IMG/VR virus record: IMGVR_UViG_3300031867_000008
Location: 1-64,000 of that record
DNA length: 64,000 nucleotides
From: a virus
Lineage: Duplodnaviria; Caudoviricetes
Strand: one strand, 5' to 3'
Part shown: positions 48,628 through 56,867 of the stretch, piece by piece
How the letters are laid out: every line of letters begins with the position of its first letter
How positions within the stretch are numbered: the stretch's first letter is position 1
The notes under the pieces: generated by a model
Told to the model about the DNA's origin: nothing
The model's input: only the letters and a program-made list of their open reading frames with translations
Databases searched by the model: none
Translations under genes and position numbers: made by a program

Positions 48628-49725
48628 ATGGAGAAAGCGTATAAGTTTAGGTTATATCCTAATAAGGAGCAACAGATTCTTTTGGCAAAGACTTTTGGTT
48701 GCACACGCTTTGTTTATAATTATTATCTCGACAAAAGGATAACTGCTTATAAAACTGATAAAACTACATTAAGTGCTTACGATTGTATAAGAGATTTGAC
48801 TTCTTTAAAGAAAGAGTATGAATGGCTTAAAGAACCTGATAAGTGTGCATTGCAGAATACGCTAAAAGATTTGGATAGTGCATACAAAGGATTCTTTAAG
48901 TCAAGCAAAGGCTTTCCCAAGTTTAAATCAAAGAAAACACATAGATATTCATATAGAACTTCTTATACAAATAACAATATACAATTCTTAGGTAACTCAA
49001 TCAAACTACCTAAACTTGGTAAGGTTAAAATCAGAGATAAGCAGATTCCACAGGGTAGGATTCTTAATGCTACAATATCTCAAACACCTTCTGGTAAATA
49101 CTATTGTTCATTATGTTGTACAGATGTAACAGTAGAACCTTTTGAAAAGACTGGAAGTGTAGTTGGTATTGACTTAGGTATTAAAGAATTTGTAATAACG
49201 TCTGATAATGAACACATTGAAAATCCTAAATATTTAGCAAAATCTTTAAAGAAACTCGCTCGGTTACAACGTCAACTTTCTCGAAAAACAAGAGGTAGTA
49301 ATCGTTGGAATAAGGCAAGAATAAAGGTTGCTAAGTGTCAGGAACAAATTGCAAATCAAAGAACAGATTTCTTACACAAACTATCTACAAGACTTGTAAA
49401 GGAATATGATGTTATTAGTCTTGAAGATTTAAATGTAAGCGGTATGCTTAAAAATCATAAACTTGCAAGAAGTGTTTCTGATGTGTCGTGGTCGCAGTTT
49501 ACTACTATGTTACAATACAAAGCTAATTGGTACGGCAAGGATATTATCAAAATAGATAGATTCTTTGCGAGTAGCCAGTTATGCAATGTGTGTGGCTATA
49601 AGAACACTGAGACTAAGGATTTAAGTGTTAGGTCGTGGGTGTGTCCCGTGTGTGGTACTTCTCACGACAGAGATGTTAATGCTTCAATAAATATATTGAA
49701 CGAAGGACTAAAACAAATAGTCTAA
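48628..49725 (+). CDS. tnpB: RNA-guided nuclease TnpB
   Basis: KAYKFRLYP, GIDLG, LEDL, CNVCG/CPVCG zinc finger, DRDVNA; RuvC D-E-D intact. Confidence 0.95.
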   Translation: MEKAYKFRLYPNKEQQILLAKTFGCTRFVYNYYLDKRITAYKTDKTTLSAYDCIRDLTSLKKEYEWLKEPDKCALQNTLKDLDSAYKGFFKSSKGFPKFKSKKTHRYSYRTSYTNNNIQFLGNSIKLPKLGKVKIRDKQIPQGRILNATISQTPSGKYYCSLCCTDVTVEPFEKTGSVVGIDLGIKEFVITSDNEHIENPKYLAKSLKKLARLQRQLSRKTRGSNRWNKARIKVAKCQEQIANQRTDFLHKLSTRLVKEYDVISLEDLNVSGMLKNHKLARSVSDVSWSQFTTMLQYKANWYGKDIIKIDRFFASSQLCNVCGYKNTETKDLSVRSWVCPVCGTSHDRDVNASINILNEGLKQIV

Positions 49726-49826
49726 CATATGTAAAGCGGTAGGAACTATCGTGTTAGCTCGTGGAGAAAGTAGGTTACGAAATCTATGAAACGAGAACCC
49801 TACGACTTTAGTCGTGGGAGGTTCAG

Positions 49827-50222
49827 GAATTGGCAACTGTATTCAATAGACTTGAAGAAGGCGATCCAAATAGAGCTTTACTCTTAAATGAAATTGGTGG
49901 CAAGCACCATGCGAACACACTTGCTGCTATCCTTTCCGATTGGCAGAAAATGGATTCAATAATGAATACATATTATAGCGGTTTTGGATCGGCTGAGATC
50001 GAAGCTGCCAAAAGTGCCAATAACCTACAAGGAAGTCTTAATAAACTAAACAACTCGTTCACCGATTTGGTTCAAAATGTTGTCAATACCGATTTTCTCA
50101 CAACACTTGTTCAAGGAGTTAATGACCTAACAAACGGAATAGATTTTCTTGTTGAAAAAATAGGTGTAATTCCAACAGTGTTAAGCGGAGTTGGAATAGG
50201 CGCATTAGTTAAAAACGGCGGT
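49827..50222 (+). CDS. tail tape measure protein, exon 2 (132 aa)
   Basis: ELATVF...IGGKHHANTLAAIL...SANNLQGSLNKL...LVKNGG. Confidence 0.85.
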
Positions 50223-50762
50223 AGGGTTAAATGTTTACCCTCAACAATATGCCGCCATCTGAATTGTTTCTTGCTGATAGGCAAGTTTTTATTTCAGACT
50301 TTAATGATACCTAAAACAAAGGCATACGTTAAAGTAAAACGGTAATTTTATTACCCTGTCTGTATGAGATTTGTACAAATCCAACTCATACAAGGCAGAG
50401 CCTCAATATGCGAGGAAGTTGGTACAACGTAACTACTCCCCTACTCTGGTGACAGTTTAGGGTCGTAAAAATGTTACGCTCCAATGGTTCGCAGGGATAG
50501 GACTTTTATGAATAAAAAGCCAAGCCCTCACGGTAGCGACAACAGGCGGTTATGGTTTAAGATGAAACGCTTACTATAATAATATGCGCTCGGAACGCTT
50601 CAATATAAGAAGTCAGATTTGTGGTATAGACTTATCCTATACCTTTATACAAGTGGAACTCTCACTGTAAGAGTTGATAAGAATACAGTTAACCAATCAA
50701 CAAACAGTTGACATTTCAGATTTTATCCTCTTTAGGCGGGGGGGGGGGGGGATGTCACGTAG

Positions 50763-51191
50763 TTATAATATTTGTTTTGTTATATACGTTGTTGCTACAG
50801 CTATGGCAATTTTTAGTATCGACTCACAGCTTTTGGTTTCAATATTATTACACTTCGTCTTAATCTTGTTCCATAGTTTTTGATTTTTAGCCGAATCAAT
50901 AAAAACATAACCATTTTGTGTAATTTGTCCAATAATAAAACAAAGAACATGATTGGTATTTTTGTTGTATTGATAGCGGTGGGTCACAATATACCCTGCT
51001 TCTTTGAGCTGTATTAGGGTATATTTAATTTCTTCTTGTGAATATTTTTCTAATAAAGATTCATCTGAATAAATAATTCTCCAACTCAATGGGCGAGGTA
51101 ACGCTTCTCTATCAGGTATGCAAAGATTTTTGTCAATACACAACATAATGTCTTTAATTTTTTCTTCATTCATTGAAGTAAAATTTGTCAT
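50763..51191 (-). CDS. DUF2513-like winged-helix protein (intron passenger)
   Basis: IKDIML...YSQEEIKY...QLKEAGY...ITQNGYVFID...W-x-K-x-K pattern. Confidence 0.65.
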   Translation of the reverse strand: MTNFTSMNEEKIKDIMLCIDKNLCIPDREALPRPLSWRIIYSDESLLEKYSQEEIKYTLIQLKEAGYIVTHRYQYNKNTNHVLCFIIGQITQNGYVFIDSAKNQKLWNKIKTKCNNIETKSCESILKIAIAVATTYITKQIL

Positions 51192-51231
51192 GTTATCATC
51201 CCCCTATATAAATAAACAGAAAGGAAGTATT

Positions 51232-51591
51232 ATGAATACCTTTTATGAAAATGCTAAGATAGCAACGGAAATCATGTACAATATGTTTTATTGTAACAAT
51301 TGTACTTCTGACGATATGTCTCAAATAATCAAGCTATTATCTACGTCAAATGTTGATTTGCTAAGACTTTTTATAGACGATATTTATTTGGGAGAAGTTT
51401 ATGATGAGTATGGTAATTACATGAATCAGGAAATTCTTAACAAAGGCGAAGTTGATTCTACATGGTTAAGAAAATGCTTACAGAATAAATACAAATGTTG
51501 CCAAGATGTTTTAAATGAAACAAAACAGTGTGAGATTGATGGTTTTGTTGAAAAGTCACATTCTATTTATAATAACGCTTTGAACGATTAG
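51232..51591 (+). CDS. hypothetical protein (intron passenger)
   Basis: GAAAGGA RBS before ATG at 51232. Confidence 0.6.
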   Translation: MNTFYENAKIATEIMYNMFYCNNCTSDDMSQIIKLLSTSNVDLLRLFIDDIYLGEVYDEYGNYMNQEILNKGEVDSTWLRKCLQNKYKCCQDVLNETKQCEIDGFVEKSHSIYNNALND

Positions 51592-51716
51592 AAGTGCTGT
51601 TCATTTAAAACCGCATTTAGAAAAAGTTTAGAAGCGAAACATGATTGCAGAGTGCTACTTTGTTTATTCGTATTGTTTAGTTGTTTTACTTAACATTTAA
51701 TTGGACTTATATTTTT

Positions 51717-52067
51717 TTATCTGATAAATTGTGAATAATGTGAATAAATAGCAGCAATCGTTGTTCCAAAAATTAAAACTAATATTACAATAGTTAATAC
51801 AGAAGATATGATGGATAAAAATAAACAATAGTCTCCAACACATTTCCTATACCAATCTTCTTTTGTAAAAAGAATGACAAAAGCTAATAATCCTACGGGA
51901 GGAAAAAGAAAACTAATAATGTACAATATTTTGTAATCTTTTTTGGATTTCTTAAACGCTTGGTTAGAATCAAGCAAGTCATTTACATAACACCCGCAAC
52001 AAGGACAAACGTAAGCATTTTCGGATAATGTTTCATAACCACATTCAGGACAATCAATTAAAGCCAT
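51717..52067 (-). CDS. zinc-ribbon membrane protein (intron passenger)
   Basis: MALIDCPECG...CPCCG then two hydrophobic helices; AGGGG RBS. Confidence 0.75.
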   Translation of the reverse strand: MALIDCPECGYETLSENAYVCPCCGCYVNDLLDSNQAFKKSKKDYKILYIISFLFPPVGLLAFVILFTKEDWYRKCVGDYCLFLSIISSVLTIVILVLIFGTTIAAIYSHYSQFIR

Positions 52068-52097
52068 ACAACAATCCCCTTTCAATTGTTTTATTTT

Positions 52098-52126
52098 ATT
52101 ATATCACATATTGGCTTCAAAGTCAA
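52098..52126 (-). promoter_or_regulatory. leftward promoter for passenger gene, inside the intron
   Basis: TTGACT-17 nt-TATAAT with TG extension. Confidence 0.7.
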
Positions 52127-52173
52127 GCGTTAGAAAAATCTATTTATAACTTTTCCACGAAGTTTATAGTTTG

Positions 52174-55100
52174 ATATTAGCTGATATAGGTTTTTCTTCT
52201 AAGGTATTAAAAGAAATACCCAAGGAATTTAAAAATTCCAGTGAATACGTTGATATTCTTGCAAATTCTGTAAAAGCATTGACTGCTCGTCAGCAAGCGT
52301 TAGTTTTATCAAGTAATGGAGTTTCTGATGTGATGATTAGAGAAGTGTTGGAAACTAATGAGGTCACTAAGTCAGAGATAGATGCTATTATGGCTAAACG
52401 TGCAATGACAGCCACTCAGGCTTCTCTAACCAAAAGTCAATTGGCAGAAATCATAACTGTTCAAACTGGAAATGCAGAAAAAACTACTGCTATTATGACA
52501 GAACTTGGATTAGCGGAGGCAAAAAATGAAGATGTGATAGCAACTGAAATGTTATCTGCCTCAACAGTTAAGGCTGCTTCGGCACAACAAGGATTAAATG
52601 CTGAACAAACACAAGCGATGTTACTAAACATGGGTTTGGCAAAAAAAACTGACAAAATATCAAATTTCTTTAGTGGTTTGGCGACAACTATTAGAGATGG
52701 AGCAAAGGCTTTGTTTAGTTTTGTTAAGGCACATCCTGTTGCAATAGCTGCTACCGCAGCAATAGCTGTATCGGTAGGTGTAATATCACATCAGATAAAA
52801 GAAAATGAGCAACAAATAAAACAAGCCATTGAAACCGCAGAAGAATTAAAAGAATCCGTACATACTGTTGACGAGTATGTTTCTAAAATAAAAGACCTTC
52901 GAGAGTCTTTAGATTCGGGGAGCAATAGTCTCGATGAGCAGAAAAATATTCGTGCTGAATTATTGTCCATACAAGAGGAAATGATCGGCAAGTATGGAGA
53001 TGAAATCAGACAACTTGATCTGATGACCGATTCGGTAATCAATTTAGAAAATGCTATCGAAGGATATTCTGCGAGAAAAGAAGCACAGGACTGGCTTATA
53101 AATAATGCCGAAGCGGTTGAAAAGGCTGATAATACAGTTCAGGCGTTTGGTGTTGATTATATTGACAATCTCAAAAATGAAATCGATGAAATTAAAGCGT
53201 TAAAAACACAATCTGTTGATGATTTTAATGTTGCTGTGTGGAATCTTGGAGTTCAATTAGGAAAAGATTTTTCTGAATATATTGTAAAAACAAAAGATGA
53301 AATAAAAACAAAACAAGATGAGTTAATAGATACATTGCAGACTAATTATAATGCCTTGACAGGAGAAAACTCAGGGTTAAAACTGATTCCTGAATGGATG
53401 GAGGAAGGCTCTAATTATTGGGCGAATCTTCTTGGTGATATGGATATTTTAGGTTCAGTTGACGAGGATATAGAAATATTTAAACAATCGGGTTATTACA
53501 AACTCATTACCGATATGCCTGAAATGTATGACCGATTAACAAATGCTGTTAAGAATTATAATGATGCCGTAACAAGCGGTGATACTTCCAAACAAAGAAC
53601 TGCCTTAGAAGAACTTGAAAATATATTCAATGATTCTAAGAACATTGATGATAATGCTATAAAATGGTACATTCAAAATGAACTGTCAAGCTATATAAAT
53701 GTAGCTGATAAATTAGACGAGGAATTGCAACAGCGACTTGCTCGTTTTAATACTTCTCTTAGCGTAGCGCAGTCTTTACATAAAAGAGACGAATATGGTG
53801 CTGGATTGTTCAAACTTAGCGAGGATGAACAAGGCGGGTATACATTTAAGCCCAATGACAGTTTTGTTGAAATTATTCCGAAACTTAATGACAACGAATT
53901 TGAAACATTGTTAAAGCTTGTACAAGGTGAAATCGGAGAAAATATTGATTGGTTGACTTATCAACCTGAATCTTTAACTTCTCTCGTCAAAGCAATGGCT
54001 TCGACTGCTGACGGTTTCGATGTTGCTTCGTGGTATGAAAGTAATGAGGTTAAAGACATCACTGATTCTTTGGGTAAATTGCAATCTGCTTATGCTTCGT
54101 TAGAAAAAGGCGATTCTATTGATTTGGACGATCTGATTGAAAGTTATCCCGAATTAGCAAAGTATACTGATAATGTTGAAGAACTCAAAAAACATATTCA
54201 AGAACTTGCTAATTCAAAAGTCACACCCTTGATTGAAAACCTACAATCTTTAATAAACGGTGCTATTGCGAATGGTGATAACGAAACAGCAAAAGTGATA
54301 CAGAATATCATTGATTTACTTTATAATGAAGCTGACGTAACAGCCAAAGTTAAAGACGAATCCTCTAAAACTAACGATGTTTATAAGGCACAAAAAGAAA
54401 CTCTTAAACAACAATTGTCTTATATCAAAAACAACATCAATAAAGAAGAAGAAAGAAAAGAAGCTGCACAGGAAACTCTTGACACTCTTGAAAAGCAAAA
54501 AGACAGTTTGGAGAAAACTCTTGACAAATATGACACGGCAGTAAGCACTATCACAAGCTACATTGATGAGCAAATTAACTCTCTCGAAGAACAGAAAACG
54601 GCAATCGAGGACACTTATTCGCAACAGATTGAGGCTCTTGAAAGTGAAGCCGAAGAACGTGAAAAAGTCAACGACTTGATTGAAAAACAAATCGCTCTTG
54701 AAAAGGCGAAAGAAACACAAGTCAGAGTATACGATAAAGAACGCGGCGGTTTCAGAATAGAAACTGATAAATCTGTTGTTGCACAAGCACAGAAGGAATA
54801 TGATGATGCTGTAAGAGAATCCGAAATTGATCGTCTTGAAAAAGAACGTGATAACGCCCTCAAACCTTACGATGATGAAATCAAGTCATTAGAGAGCTAT
54901 AAAAACTCTTGGGAGCAGGCGGCTAAATCGTATCAGAAAATGCAAGATGAAATGACTACTGCGGCTGTCTTTGGTTCTGATTGGCGAAGCATGGCTATAT
55001 CGCAAGACACTAACGCTATTCAAGGATTTGTCGATAATTATTCTGCCACAGCTAATAGACTTCATAATATTGTCGAACCTCAAATCGAACAGACTAAAAA

Positions 55101-55695
55101 TGAAATTGATACTATTGATAAGCAAATTTCTAAATGGAAAGAACTTCAAACTCAACAGCAATCGTACCTTGACTTTTTCAAAAATTATGGTACACAAATG
55201 TCTCAGGCTATTGGAGAACAAGCGAAAGCTGTTAAAGACTTTGTAAATGCTATAAACGGAATTGCTAAGAGTAATGGTATTGTTGCAGATAAGATTTGGG
55301 ACTTGGTGCAGAAATTTTACGTTCCAGATTATATTCCTGCGTTCGCCAATGGTGGTGTAAGCAGTTCAACAGGACTTGCTATGCTTCACGGAACAAAGCA
55401 GAAATCAGAAGTGACTTTTAACGCAGAAGATGCTAAGAAACTTTATGATATGATACACGGCAGAAGTTCCGCACAGCTAACTAACACCGTTGCAAGGAAT
55501 ATTGTGGATTCTGCGATTCAAACCACAAGAGAAAATGCAAGCATTGTAAATAATAATCGTCCAACAAACAACGAATATACTTGGGTTATAAACGAGCCTA
55601 AGTTTAGTAGTGCTGATGATTACAGGGCGTTCTCTGAACACATGGACAGATATGTAAGAGAAGCCAACATGAATCGTTTGGTTGGTAAGAAATAA
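52174..55695 (+). CDS. tail tape measure protein, exon 3 (1173 aa; spliced product about 2455 aa)
   Basis: Long coiled coil; C-terminal FANGG...AMLHGT...E motif of tape-measure ends. Confidence 0.88.
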   Translation: MLADIGFSSKVLKEIPKEFKNSSEYVDILANSVKALTARQQALVLSSNGVSDVMIREVLETNEVTKSEIDAIMAKRAMTATQASLTKSQLAEIITVQTGNAEKTTAIMTELGLAEAKNEDVIATEMLSASTVKAASAQQGLNAEQTQAMLLNMGLAKKTDKISNFFSGLATTIRDGAKALFSFVKAHPVAIAATAAIAVSVGVISHQIKENEQQIKQAIETAEELKESVHTVDEYVSKIKDLRESLDSGSNSLDEQKNIRAELLSIQEEMIGKYGDEIRQLDLMTDSVINLENAIEGYSARKEAQDWLINNAEAVEKADNTVQAFGVDYIDNLKNEIDEIKALKTQSVDDFNVAVWNLGVQLGKDFSEYIVKTKDEIKTKQDELIDTLQTNYNALTGENSGLKLIPEWMEEGSNYWANLLGDMDILGSVDEDIEIFKQSGYYKLITDMPEMYDRLTNAVKNYNDAVTSGDTSKQRTALEELENIFNDSKNIDDNAIKWYIQNELSSYINVADKLDEELQQRLARFNTSLSVAQSLHKRDEYGAGLFKLSEDEQGGYTFKPNDSFVEIIPKLNDNEFETLLKLVQGEIGENIDWLTYQPESLTSLVKAMASTADGFDVASWYESNEVKDITDSLGKLQSAYASLEKGDSIDLDDLIESYPELAKYTDNVEELKKHIQELANSKVTPLIENLQSLINGAIANGDNETAKVIQNIIDLLYNEADVTAKVKDESSKTNDVYKAQKETLKQQLSYIKNNINKEEERKEAAQETLDTLEKQKDSLEKTLDKYDTAVSTITSYIDEQINSLEEQKTAIEDTYSQQIEALESEAEEREKVNDLIEKQIALEKAKETQVRVYDKERGGFRIETDKSVVAQAQKEYDDAVRESEIDRLEKERDNALKPYDDEIKSLESYKNSWEQAAKSYQKMQDEMTTAAVFGSDWRSMAISQDTNAIQGFVDNYSATANRLHNIVEPQIEQTKNEIDTIDKQISKWKELQTQQQSYLDFFKNYGTQMSQAIGEQAKAVKDFVNAINGIAKSNGIVADKIWDLVQKFYVPDYIPAFANGGVSSSTGLAMLHGTKQKSEVTFNAEDAKKLYDMIHGRSSAQLTNTVARNIVDSAIQTTRENASIVNNNRPTNNEYTWVINEPKFSSADDYRAFSEHMDRYVREANMNRLVGKK

Positions 55696-55697
55696 AA

Positions 55698-55725
55698 AAG
55701 AGGGAGGCAAAACTCCCTCTCTTGT
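55698..55725 (+). terminator. terminator hairpin after tape measure
   Basis: AGAGGGAG-GCAAAA-CTCCCTCT. Confidence 0.6.
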
Positions 55726-55939
55726 ATAGTCTATAATGTTTACATAAAATTCATATTTCAAACACATAATAAACAAACGTGTATAATATAATAAATAGTA
55801 GTAAGGGACTGGTAGACGGTACACCTTAGATTGAATTACATTTGATATGTAACTCGCTTAATTGGTACTTAGGCGAGTTACTTTTTCTTTATTTCTACGA
55901 TAATAGCAAAAACAATGAGATAATGAGATACAGAAAATT

Positions 55940-55968
55940 TGACAAATTGCTACTCCTATGTTATAATT
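55940..55968 (+). promoter_or_regulatory. consensus promoter of moron cassette
   Basis: TTGACA-17 nt-TATAAT with TG extension. Confidence 0.75.
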
Positions 55969-55995
55969 ATACTATTATAACATAGGAGTGATTTC

Positions 55996-56160
55996 ATGTC
56001 AAAACAAAAAGAAGAATCGATAGGTTCAAAAGTTGGATTTTCACTGGGAATAAGAAAGAGCAATACGCCATTTCCAGCAACGAATAGTGACCCACTCAAA
56101 CAAATAACCGATAATCCAAGCAATTTAAATAATACGAAACAGGACGGTGAAGAAAAATAG
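55996..56160 (+). CDS. small hydrophilic protein (54 aa), moron gene 1
   Basis: AGGAGTG RBS; MSKQKEESIGSKVGFSLGIRK... Confidence 0.55.
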   Translation: MSKQKEESIGSKVGFSLGIRKSNTPFPATNSDPLKQITDNPSNLNNTKQDGEEK

Positions 56161-56786
56161 ACGACATTATTCAGATAATCAATAATCTACCTATGATTTT
56201 ATCATATGTGATTCCGGGATTTTGTGTAATTGCAACTTTCCTATTTGTAATAGGACAGGACTATAAAACAACAAAATCAAGGTTGTTACAAAGTGTAGTG
56301 GTTAGTTTTTTCTGCAAATCGACAATAGGAAATCTTATATCAAAAGTTGATTGTTTAAATGAGACAAAATATAGTACAAGATTTGTTATTGTATTATCAA
56401 TACTTTCTATGATTGTTGCGATACTTATGGGTATTGTTTGCAAAAGTAAAAAGGTTAATGATATTTTACTCAATTCTTTGATTGGCAGATCATTTAATCA
56501 AAATTTTTGGGTCGATGTAGTTCGGACAGGATTTTGGTATCGAGTACACATTAAAGACTCCAATGAAGTATATGAAGGTCAGATAACAAAAATTGAAGAA
56601 CAATGTAGAACACCATTTATCGAATTGTCAGATTACAGAGTTTTTAATTTGGAGCAAACGGAAGAATTAAAAAATTTCAATCACAATCATAAAAATTGCA
56701 CATTGCCTAAAAACGAAGAAAGGTCAATAATAATCAATGGTGAGTTGATTGATTATATAATATGTATAAATACAACTAAAAGTTAA
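56157..56786 (+). CDS. membrane protein, moron gene 2 (probable ATA start; first ATG 56193)
   Basis: Three hydrophobic helices, YVIPGF motif, soluble C-terminus; frame open from ATA overlapping upstream TAG. Confidence 0.65.
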   Translation: MDDIIQIINNLPMILSYVIPGFCVIATFLFVIGQDYKTTKSRLLQSVVVSFFCKSTIGNLISKVDCLNETKYSTRFVIVLSILSMIVAILMGIVCKSKKVNDILLNSLIGRSFNQNFWVDVVRTGFWYRVHIKDSNEVYEGQITKIEEQCRTPFIELSDYRVFNLEQTEELKNFNHNHKNCTLPKNEERSIIINGELIDYIICINTTKS

Positions 56787-56795
56787 ATCGTAATA

Positions 56796-56830
56796 GACCC
56801 TGAACTATAATGGTTTGGGGTCTTTTATTA
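56796..56830 (+). terminator. terminator closing moron
   Basis: AGACCCTGAAC...GTTTGGGGTCT-TTTT. Confidence 0.65.
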
Positions 56831-56867
56831 TTTTTACACGAATTTTTACACGAAAGGAGATGACCTC

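Larger units (their letters stand above)
47648..49826 (+). mobile_element. IStron: group I intron fused to an IS605-family element
   Basis: Left hairpin CTCGTGACTTTAGTCGTGAG, right hairpin CCTACGACTTTAGTCGTGGG ending TTCAG; intron core AATTGCTGGAA / AATCAGCAGC / GTTCAACGACTA / AAGATATAGTCT; removal joins LLD to ELATVF in frame. Confidence 0.93.
50223..52173 (+). mobile_element. non-canonical group I-like intron carrying three passenger genes
   Basis: P1 GGCGGT/GCCGCC with U-G; P10 AATAT/ATATT; P4 TGCGAG/TTCGCA; P8; P9.0 GAAC/GTTT before G52173; in-frame joining KNGG-ILADIG. Confidence 0.75.

Noticed and set aside
50223-50345. Last 40 codons of ORF 49830..50345 as real protein
   Set aside because: Composition departs from tape-measure style after KNGG and the DNA forms P1/P2 helices
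50223-52173. Group II intron or retroelement
   Set aside because: No GUGYG start, no domain V, no RT gene; helix order matches group I
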